From a virus (taxonomy: Duplodnaviria > Caudoviricetes): a DNA stretch of 64,000 bases. The position numbers were made by a program, and so were the translations under genes. Within the stretch, counting starts at the first letter, position 1. Each line of letters starts with the position of its first letter. Positions 59,001 to 64,000 of this stretch are shown here, piece after piece. The stretch lies in IMG/VR virus record IMGVR_UViG_3300031853_000025, positions 9,412 to 73,411 of that record. The stretch is one strand, 5' to 3'. Below the pieces are notes generated by a model that saw nothing but the letters and a program-made list of their open reading frames with translations, was not told where the DNA came from and made no database searches.

Positions 59001-59734
59001 GCTTGTTCTTCTTTAAAGCGTACTCGCTCCATATCAAGCATTTCTTTTAAGATAGCATTATTTTCTCTAGCTAACTTAGTAGATTCATCAAAGAACTTAC
59101 GGGAGTTCTCAATATGAGTCCTCATAGCATTTTCATTAAAATTAACTAAATTAGATAAAGTTTGATTTGTATTAAAAATACCGTTTTTAAGATCACCAAA
59201 GAATTTAGCTTGCTGAGAAATAATAAGCGAAGTAGATTGCTTAGTGATTTCAGCATTATATTTACCAGATTTAACTACAGCACCAGCTATTGCGTCCGTA
59301 CTAATTTCAGCTGTATTCTGTAATGTTTTAATTGTAGCTATAGTATCAGAAGATGGCCCTTCCGAAGAAGACGAGTCTCCGCCTTCTTCGTCGAAATTGA
59401 AATCATCGAAGCCCATATCTTCGTCAAAGCTTTCTTCAATAAGTTTACCTTCTCTTGCTGCATCGTAGAATTTACCAGTTTTTAAATCACTTAATGCTGA
59501 TTTAAAACCAAAGTCTGCGGCTTGATAAACATTAGTAGATTTAATTGCTTCACTGGCTCTACGTAATGTAGTTTTATAATCTCTAATACCATGGTAAACG
59601 TCTTTAGCTAACTGCTGATTGTTTTCATCCATAATGAATTTACCAATATTGGTATTTTCTTTATAGGCTTCAGCACTAGCATAAACGATTGATTTACCTA
59701 GATTCTTTAGATAATTTGTAACCTTAATAGCCAA
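50048..59734 (-). CDS. tape-measure-like tail protein with C39-like peptidase, glucosaminidase-like and CHAP/NlpC-P60-like domains (3228 aa)
   Basis: YKQ...DSGCGPVAA...HYVTATGY...IQDP (C39-like); ILAQIIQESGW...YNYGN...AGYYE (GH73-like); GCTAFAN...GDVGII...DHAVI (CHAP-like); Gly/Ala-rich hydrophobic middle region; TTG start with AAGGAGG. Confidence 0.85.
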   Translation of the reverse strand: MAIKVTNYLKNLGKSIVYASAEAYKENTNIGKFIMDENNQQLAKDVYHGIRDYKTTLRRASEAIKSTNVYQAADFGFKSALSDLKTGKFYDAAREGKLIEESFDEDMGFDDFNFDEEGGDSSSSEGPSSDTIATIKTLQNTAEISTDAIAGAVVKSGKYNAEITKQSTSLIISQQAKFFGDLKNGIFNTNQTLSNLVNFNENAMRTHIENSRKFFDESTKLARENNAILKEMLDMERVRFKEEQAIRDRNNKRRNPKEHTSFYDILDANGLPNLLEYGEAIKKNFKNNIDDILPGISSVIDMDPQQLKAMFANPLSGLITMAVSSALGDDVKRAHRSLDKTFGGIFSNLIAELNLKSDNSDNLFASTMSKIFGLRTNKKTSIDTSKYEKGAVPFDGKTRKSILEVIPTYLSQITSALTGEEPVYFDFDAGKWTKRSKVKEDFNKRLEDSKKYATSTLEESVKNALASLENVDDTLKKSVNDAIKEYAYAHDTLSGFEQNNMLSEEGKKIYSQISSKIDKRNIANDTLSAKNTITKDLKRAELNGDDIRSILFNKSNKMFKSTTAGGKNSKGGPSIFGRTTDEYGFDQLDYLQHIYEELNVIRRYGSAIGGDLPRDAKKQNLDGGDFKLPENYLEKARAEKEKRDQEAAEAAKNNPDKVIEKDKYDDVEYDASKDMSTRKDANEEKLRNIGKKFKTEKVDAILDLAEMIVKEPRNFIAGSLSIADRGLYNLFFEHKFKDKDGKEISGFFDLLGYKVTETFTSVKNYLTTKVFKPAWNWIKGTANDFASAFFGKTFFSDTKEAIKSDARSVGDKITNAGKNAVDAATSTADSAVAAVKNKLNGNKPEDEQKDDKTQKTTDTSQGKPPEENLDNNYNGSLSVPADGITTISKGEMIIPADLNPFNPDVDKADRNDDRRREKAIKDNFLKKIYSHADGTTSFDPLAGAGKGKFNFVQFNQAMKALKILNKENNKSLGQAAGEKVKDKVSSWFNNLVEFVKSKDEGIGNDLEEVSKDKSKLTARGVMGGGAGALVGGILAGPLGIMAGALAGGVVNILRDSESAKDLLLGKKDENEKRTGGVIPKSLQDTIHKYAPDLMKIGLPSAVASGLLLGTGPLGMAVIGSGAVMAKNSKSLQESLFGKDFTITNDDGSVKKFHKEGLISKKVQDHFKKNIPGIGASVLGTIAFGPFGGLLPNMILGTGVGMVGTSETFKNLILGYKDPRDPEGKSRHGGLVGVLKDNFVNPMIKFGKFMTSTAYKWFKESFITPISKWTSVIGRELMHQGKNLTYYIKEGISWAFEKTVGVPLYKVINEKIISPITKGLSSVGKTLLKGASYPLNAVRAVGKFTSNLADKVKLNQYGRGAIGNTISTERLMDAASMGRTYKTMGFDQDLAGMDAKEAEELEAKLLVLQGKSGAKKAYRNARQDFSTQMSRYFRGKENDLIKRLRKRFENEDLTPEQIAEEADNIAKDKNLSVKEKEALVKVLTDYGKKIETARKAAQEDSKLQDQYRTELMNKFGGKGYDFTNGRDINNALNAVHKDRIAKESTAYKDEAEKAIEASKKIEEDKLVYLKKVYGVTQSIGSMIAKKFGFDPAAFSILDNSETGDVPQNTLTNVKNEAEKAIEASKKIDEDKLVYLKKVYGVTQSIGSMIAKKFGFDPTAFAILGTSETGDVPQNTLTNVKNDSKAESENKEKDKAKNNVSTTTTDAEGNIWKTATDGSKVLVGSEANADKKRAKDAEDKKQQGWFASIGDKLKGFVGLGGKKEKKEEGGFLHNLADSLMGKSGALFSILKGGALAAIAGPLIIKALPIITQFLKDNKDAIIDAGKEVFKGIVEIGKEAVGMIFDSIADSFKNGDFATGLLQIVAGAFIGNKMLGGLPGMVLSKGGGMLYDRFKNRNKGKETTTKNTETTESNKKGKKGKGKNKRSKQKNKAAKMSENASTAATETKATVAAETGGKSGSKGKWGSILSGVATAAGLVLPFMSESSAETAEASGGIQPGQMYAANEDGELELIDENGKAINDGDQDNSSGDFMDTLNTILDIKYSVSDFFKKDTSDVSLSEEAGSIAEDARNTKPEGTSAFSKFTQKMNDIKTKAMNKITPITESISNAASKTKGKVKGMSDKALIYLKNLLTAGIDKVKTLMPGLSKKLPASMVQKLSNEFIASLVKNGSKYMTKIAAQIGVAMTGVGAIPVAIVNLVSAFDNIYNEGWRRWYNNADVLYNEDLGDDVKYVSVLAGAISTLLFSVIPVKWVFKTLASILGLDLSQAQARAQEAVDDYNADKESHPKGAPDTVADVEEYNAMYEKGLLESVKDTGETLISFGKDTLTKMNQAAKNIYKYVGDKATAAKNWAKNNAKWLAENGMNWFKQAYQSVASTASNLKDRAVSFVKNKYESAKQTLGEVKDEVSARAGNVADAWNNNSGIGAVVAVGQAATSSEDYKKEHGSDKSSSDSGSSSDSSSGSDSDAKGQGKHGLFGRGYYKQTQYANVGFNVPGDTIRQTIGDSGCGPVAAVNALQALGRGSGANDPVIQASSYALNGGFKGKDTGTDPRFFNSYASKYNASAKDIAEGNVKTELQKGHPVVLSGEDPNGESNKHPFAEYPHYVTATGYNAKNDTVTIQDPESRYDNQRYKLSNVLSKTTMAKSFSKNNKNTSYNNRVLRWGRGTEETPTAENCELVRYAEIVSGITGVRSDFILAQIIQESGWEYFKPGTHKPGYNYGNAGGAHGFATYNSLEEAAEFMANKTIAYADGEGGHRSELAAASQAGDPAAFAQILKDAGYYEAPLSEYTNGVTSVLKNLKEQGYSAGAINSSGMSSSGASAPQNSYGIFDAVMKPFDSLNNSLNQVMGGITSEGPFKQISDVSTKIFGSMLGGVSPQQQQQGGKSGGAWKGSTATSEGIRQASAWAEEIKDHVQDSVNPPYWYGPSGCTAFANDYLQHAGVNPINLYVPTAMAEAKSAGMWKDASQPAAEGDVGIIDTDGSMDEPDHAVIEDGQGGFWSNMTSGHKVSHGRHSDFFGNIWGYISTGSGNGQVVTDGKQGANDNAEAAGKHGPLALRFGRGGKSSNKAMNAMGKSISSANKRYGKGIISDTLKSAFNSGALNSSIQGIVGKVTGGNKDISNILDQVLPTPQTDASATNNTDLSQAGVIELLKIAVQLLTTIATNTGNMGSMSKEAVEKQQASINSAINSIGQMMAASNQSMMNGVSQMISSNNGMSYEQQHMSLSLDQLAAL
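54693..55092 (-). repeat. 198-nt (66-aa) tandem duplication inside the tail protein
   Basis: EAEKAIEASKKI(E/D)EDKLVYLKKVYGVTQSIGSMIAKKFGFDP.AF.IL..SETGDVPQNTLTNVKN occurs twice; copies offset by 198 nt. Confidence 0.95.
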
Positions 59735-59759
59735 GGGTTAAAACCTCCTTTCTAAACAT

Positions 59760-59771
59760 TACTAAGATGTT
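59760..59771 (-). promoter_or_regulatory. late-type promoter AACA-N6-TA
   Basis: AACATCTTAGTA 26 nt upstream of TTG 59734. Confidence 0.65.
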
Positions 59772-59791
59772 CCTGTAGAAAGACAGCAGGA

Positions 59792-59819
59792 GTCCCATAT
59801 GGCAATAGCCATATGGGAC
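59792..59819. terminator. hairpin/terminator
   Basis: GTCCCATATGGC-AATA-GCCATATGGGAC. Confidence 0.7.
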
Positions 59820-59923
59820 ATTGGTATTAGACAGGTTTAAATTATAAAAAGTAAGGAGAAGATGTATGAAATCAAATTGCCCTTACTTATATGTATATAA
59901 TTTGTAAAATAAAAAGACGACGA

Positions 59924-59956
59924 ATCCCTAGTAGAGTGGCTAACTCTACTGGGGAT
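59924..59956. terminator. terminator hairpin downstream of the HU-like gene
   Basis: ATCCCTAGTAGAGT/ACTCTACTGGGGAT. Confidence 0.7.
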
Positions 59957-60070
59957 AGAGGTGTCGTCTTGCTTAATCTTAGGCTTTAGGAATAATTAGT
60001 AGATGCGCGAAATTATGGGGAATCGCGATACATGAGTATCAAATTAATGTTGACTTTTTCTAAAAAGATA

Positions 60071-60595
60071 TTATTTAATGTGGCTCGGGCATGGAGAAAT
60101 AACTTTAATGCTTTCATATGCAGGAACCTTTGTTTCTCCCTTAGTGAAGATAGCATTGCCATTATCGTCAACACCAGTCTGCTTCGGGAAATAACGAGTG
60201 GATGCCGGAATGTCTTTCTTAATAAGAGAAACATTAGACTTTTCACGGCAACCGAGACCAATCTTACGACCAGTCTGTAGATAAGAGTTAAAGAACTCTT
60301 TGCTAAGGCCAATCATCGTTTCAGCATCGCTGCGCTTTACTTCATACTTTTCAGCAATAGCAGCTGCTTCCTCTTTATTCATCTTAGTCGTATCAGCAAT
60401 GATACCACCAATCATAGATTTAAATTCCTTAGCTGGGCAGTATTCGCCTTCCTTACCTTCTTTACCATAGACACCTACAACATAAGAGGTATCATTGAGG
60501 AAAGCACGCATTACACGTACTTCATCTCGGTTAGATGCAGATGCATGAGTGAGATTCGTGTTGATCTCTTTAATCAAATCAGTAACTTTTTCCAT
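60071..60595 (-). CDS. putative HU/IHF-like DNA-binding protein with N-terminal extension (174 aa)
   Basis: C-terminal half FFNSYLQTGRKIGLG...PASTRYFPKQTG...GETKVPAYESIKV parallels the HU pattern ALKKGEKVQLIGFG...ARTGRNPQTG..I.IPA...KF. Confidence 0.45.
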   Translation of the reverse strand: MEKVTDLIKEINTNLTHASASNRDEVRVMRAFLNDTSYVVGVYGKEGKEGEYCPAKEFKSMIGGIIADTTKMNKEEAAAIAEKYEVKRSDAETMIGLSKEFFNSYLQTGRKIGLGCREKSNVSLIKKDIPASTRYFPKQTGVDDNGNAIFTKGETKVPAYESIKVISPCPSHIK

Positions 60596-60635
60596 AATAA
60601 ATTTCTCCTTTCGGTTTTAACCAAATTACTTGATT

Positions 60636-60647
60636 TATCAAATTGTT
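60636..60647 (-). promoter_or_regulatory. late-type promoter AACA-N6-TA
   Basis: AACAATTTGATA 41 nt upstream of ATG 60595. Confidence 0.6.
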
Positions 60648-60668
60648 TAATCTATAATAATTAACTAT

Positions 60669-60839
60669 TTAATTATTATTGCGTGTTTTGAGGCATTTGA
60701 TATAATCAACATAATCAAATGCTGGAATCTTTTTAACCTTACCCTTAGAGATAATTAAATCATTAATCTCCTGAGGCGTATACTTACTGAGTTCTAAAAT
60801 AAAGTCTTTTTTAGAAATCAATTGTTCTTTTTTAGCCAT
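60669..60839 (-). CDS. small basic hypothetical protein (56 aa; below the ORF-track cutoff)
   Basis: MAKKEQLISKKDFILELSKYTPQEINDLIISKGKVKKIPAFDYVDYIKCLKTRNNN; GAGGT RBS. Confidence 0.65.
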   Translation of the reverse strand: MAKKEQLISKKDFILELSKYTPQEINDLIISKGKVKKIPAFDYVDYIKCLKTRNNN

Positions 60840-60910
60840 ATTTAGTACCTCTTAGAACGAATTTGATTACTTTAACGTTGCTGTGTTAATAAAAAACAAA
60901 ATGGGCAAAA

Positions 60911-60937
60911 CTCCCATACACCAATGGTGTATGGGAG
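60911..60937. terminator. palindrome/terminator
   Basis: CTCCCATACACCA-A-TGGTGTATGGGAG. Confidence 0.7.
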
Positions 60938-61218
60938 AAATATGTGGTTGAGTACAAAAATGTTGAACATATCACCGATAACCTATTATTTAGGGTGTAC
61001 CAAGAAACGGTGTGAGTGATTTGAAACTACTACTGAATGATTATTCTAAAAACCATTAGCTACTAAAAGGGAAATACAACTTGAACATTGTATTTTTAGA
61101 CTGTCAAATGATACATTTTTAGAAATTAGAATTTTTACTGCTCACATATTTTTTTCTTTATGAATATGTTAAAGGCATTTATCATAATTATCACTAAAGT
61201 CTAAAAGCCCTTATCTTG

Positions 61219-61230
61219 AACAATACAATA
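61219..61230 (+). promoter_or_regulatory. late-type promoter AACA-N6-TA
   Basis: AACAATACAATA 29 nt upstream of ATG 61259. Confidence 0.65.
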
Positions 61231-61258
61231 ACTATAGTTACTTTAAGGAGGTTTAAAT

Positions 61259-64000
61259 ATGGCAATTCATATTGATAAGATTGCTCCCCTACGAGTGGTA
61301 AAAACTAAATTCTATACGCCTGTAAATAAAGAAAATAAAAGATATGGAAGTTTAATCTTTTTATTGCTACCGCCTAATAATGGCGAAATGCTATATGATT
61401 TTATTAATATTCATGCCAAGTACCGTAAGTATAATAATAGTAATAAACTTATGGTTAACTCGAATATGTTTTATTCACTATATGAAGAACGTAATATCTC
61501 TTACTTTATTACTGATAAGGGATTACAAACTGCATCTGGTGAAGTCTTAGAAAACACACAAGATTATTATATGCAAAAGCAACAACTGCTAAATGAATCT
61601 ATGGATTATATTATGACTAGAGATTTCTTCATGGATGATACACAGATTAATTTCTTCTCAGAAAATACAACGGATAGCAATATCAGACGTTATCTTTATA
61701 GAGATAGATTCAAATCTATTAAAGAACTCAATGAATACTATGAAGTAATTAAGAATAATAGTTCGATTAAATATACTTACCCTGATATTGAAAAATATAA
61801 AAATAGAAATCTATTTGTAACTATGCAGAAATACTTATCATCCTTGATGACTAATTTAAAACCTAGCATGAATAGCATTAGAGGCATCGATATGCTATTC
61901 AGTATTATGAGTAGATTTTTCTTAGATTTTAGATTCAATTCTTATACTAAGAAGTCTGTAGTTATTCCTGTAAGTGAATGGGTTAAATATTTAAATATTG
62001 GAGAAAATACGAATACGATTCTTAATCCTAAGGCAAAGCTTAGTCCATTGAATACTATTTTCTATACACTGAAGCATTATCCTACAAAGATTCAAGCTTG
62101 GAGAGATATTGATTTTATCTTTGTAGGTGACAATGGTTTCTTTAAATATAATTTTAATGATCCAAACAAAGTAGATACGAATAAATTCTTTAGATGTTTA
62201 GACGTACTGATTAGACATGTAGAAATCGAAGATACACCTAAAGAAGATTCAGAGGATAAAGCGACTACTATCTTATCTCGTATTGAAAAAGAGACTGAAG
62301 TAGAAATTAATCATATAACTGGTAAGAATGATAATCCGATTGGTAAATACTCATTAGTACAAGATAAGAATACTAAAACACCAGAACAAATTATTTCCAA
62401 TACGGTTAAATATGAAGTAGAAGAAAATCCTGATTTAGATGGAGAATCTATTCCTGAAAACTTAGATAAAAATAATACTTTTAAACAAAGTCTTATTGAT
62501 TTAAAAATGGCAGAAGAAGCCAAAGTTAAAAAGATTTCTCCAGAACGACAAAGACGATTTAATGAATTAAGTAATAAATTCTTATCTAGTCAAGTAGATA
62601 AGAAGAAGGTTGCAGATTTATTAAAAACTGATGATATTCCACTTGAACCAGTTAGTTATCCGAACGTAGAGTCCGTTGACGATACTTGGGATGATTTAAA
62701 GAAACCTAACTTTGAAAAACAATATGACGTAGACTCAGATATTTATAAGTGTATTGAATCTTTCGCTAGAGAAAGTAAAGATATTCCAATGGCTGTAGTC
62801 AGCGTCAATAGAGAAGATACATCGACTACAGAAGATTCTGTATACACATATAAAGTAGTCTTAGAAGATTCATTGAATAAACGTCATACATTAACTTTTG
62901 ATGCGCCTAAGATTGTAAATAATAGATTCTTACGTCTTAGAGGCAATGATAAAGTACTTGGTGGACAGTTGATGAATCTACCAATTATCAAAACGGAAGA
63001 AGATACCGTACAGGTTGTATCAAACTATAATAAGATTTTTATTCGTCTAAATAAACCAGTTGGTAAAGCATCTCAACGTGTAGATGCCGTAATACGTGCA
63101 TTAAATAAAATGATTGAGACAAACTATACAGACCCAGATGGTGATGATAAAAAAGAATCATCTGATTATATTAAAGAAATTATTCCTGGTAATAATACTA
63201 AGATCTGTAAAAAGTATGTACTTCCAATTGAGTATATTGATTTAGCTAGTTTCTTTAATAAGATTAAAATGAAAACCCATACAATTTATTTTAACCAAGA
63301 CGAATTTAGAGCTAGAGTTAAAGATAAAATTAAACCAAATGAAATGGCTTGCATCACATTTAATAAAAATGATGATGTATATATAGCACTCTCTATGGAT
63401 GAATACATGAATAATATTATTGAAATATTATCATTAGATAACTATTTCAAGAAACTTTATGACCATTATTTTACAACACAAAAATCAGCAGCGTTCTCAG
63501 ATGCATCTATTCTTAGCAGCCGTATTCCATTAATTATTATTATGGCATATAACGTTGGTTTGACAACTGCCCTGGAACGTGCTAAGATTCGTTTTGATTT
63601 CCAAGAAAAACGTCCACCGAGAAATGAAGCGTTTATTAAATTTAAAGATGGTTATCTTGTTTATAATCCAGAGGCGTCAAACATTATTCTTTTAAACGGC
63701 TTATATAAATTTAATACAGAAGATTATAGCATTAAAGAAATTGATTCAAAACCAATGTGGTTAGATGCACTAGATCTATACGGTGCAAAATATAAAGCAG
63801 ATGGTTTAGATTCTTTCTATAATTTAATGATTGACCCAATGACAGAAGAAGTTTGCCGTCATTATCAATTCCCTACAGAATATATTGAAATTCTAGCTTA
63901 TGCTAATAGTCTATTAGTTACGAATGAATACAATCGCCATGTAGATATTACTGGTAACAGATTTAGAACTAATGAGCGTATTGCTCACTTCGTCTATAAA
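61259..64000 (+). CDS. rpoB: split RNA polymerase beta subunit, N-terminal part with a long N-extension (phiKZ gp178-like, probably virion RNAP); truncated at right edge; not in ORF track
   Basis: ATG with AAGGAGG; the codon at 63962 is in frame with it (914 codons to the edge). FLRLRGNDKVLGGQLMNLP resembles FIINGxERVxxxQLxRSP; GNRFRTNERIA resembles GNRRLRSVGELL. Confidence 0.75.
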   Translation, partial: MAIHIDKIAPLRVVKTKFYTPVNKENKRYGSLIFLLLPPNNGEMLYDFINIHAKYRKYNNSNKLMVNSNMFYSLYEERNISYFITDKGLQTASGEVLENTQDYYMQKQQLLNESMDYIMTRDFFMDDTQINFFSENTTDSNIRRYLYRDRFKSIKELNEYYEVIKNNSSIKYTYPDIEKYKNRNLFVTMQKYLSSLMTNLKPSMNSIRGIDMLFSIMSRFFLDFRFNSYTKKSVVIPVSEWVKYLNIGENTNTILNPKAKLSPLNTIFYTLKHYPTKIQAWRDIDFIFVGDNGFFKYNFNDPNKVDTNKFFRCLDVLIRHVEIEDTPKEDSEDKATTILSRIEKETEVEINHITGKNDNPIGKYSLVQDKNTKTPEQIISNTVKYEVEENPDLDGESIPENLDKNNTFKQSLIDLKMAEEAKVKKISPERQRRFNELSNKFLSSQVDKKKVADLLKTDDIPLEPVSYPNVESVDDTWDDLKKPNFEKQYDVDSDIYKCIESFARESKDIPMAVVSVNREDTSTTEDSVYTYKVVLEDSLNKRHTLTFDAPKIVNNRFLRLRGNDKVLGGQLMNLPIIKTEEDTVQVVSNYNKIFIRLNKPVGKASQRVDAVIRALNKMIETNYTDPDGDDKKESSDYIKEIIPGNNTKICKKYVLPIEYIDLASFFNKIKMKTHTIYFNQDEFRARVKDKIKPNEMACITFNKNDDVYIALSMDEYMNNIIEILSLDNYFKKLYDHYFTTQKSAAFSDASILSSRIPLIIIMAYNVGLTTALERAKIRFDFQEKRPPRNEAFIKFKDGYLVYNPEASNIILLNGLYKFNTEDYSIKEIDSKPMWLDALDLYGAKYKADGLDSFYNLMIDPMTEEVCRHYQFPTEYIEILAYANSLLVTNEYNRHVDITGNRFRTNERIAHFVYK

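Noticed and set aside
59866-59907. Micro-ORF MKSNCPYLYVYNL with an AAGGAG RBS
   Set aside because: Only 13 codons, no promoter motif upstream, lies between two terminators.
60942-61019. 25-codon plus-strand ORF after the palindrome
   Set aside because: Its apparent RBS is part of the terminator stem; no other support.
523-62523. Short antisense or nested ORFs in the track (e.g. 523-711, 7139-7429, 14274-14639, 37124-37489, 53859-54308, 60013-60312, 62311-62523)
   Set aside because: They are shadows of longer, well-supported genes and lack RBSs.
1-64000. Stop-codon reassignment (as in some gut jumbo phages)
   Set aside because: Genes up to 3228 aa are open in code 11, and the only fragmented gene (nrdD) is fully explained by introns.

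Overview
AT-rich (about 30% GC) 64-kb segment of a jumbo bacteriophage of the phiKZ/AR9(PBS1)-like type, read in standard code 11. It carries two pieces of a split multisubunit RNA polymerase (beta' C-terminal part at 479-1705; beta N-terminal part from 61259, truncated). The tail region holds seven paralogous fibre-like proteins, a probable baseplate gene pair and a 3228-aa tail/tape-measure protein with three predicted wall-hydrolase domains. Lysis genes are an Amidase_2 endolysin resembling Negativicutes phage lysins and two holin candidates. An anaerobic nucleotide-metabolism block encodes RNase H, DHFR, NrdG, NrdD, ThyA, a dCMP-deaminase-like protein and a dTMP-kinase-like protein. nrdD is split by three group I introns whose junctions can be read exactly; the middle one encodes a NUMOD4-HNH homing endonuclease. 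Two promoter grammars are visible. AACA-N6-TA (AR9 late-type) sits 25-44 nt upstream of 11 genes or gene blocks. ATATATTATA-N3-(G/A)TGAATG heads five small, GC-richer, terminator-insulated single-gene cassettes, three of which share a structured leader. A non-coding island of about 56% GC at 48.6-48.9 kb has hairpins, a G6-TA-G6 tract and an adjacent T-rich stretch; it is a candidate R-loop/G-quadruplex origin or ncRNA. All functional calls come from motif recognition by eye; no database searches were run.
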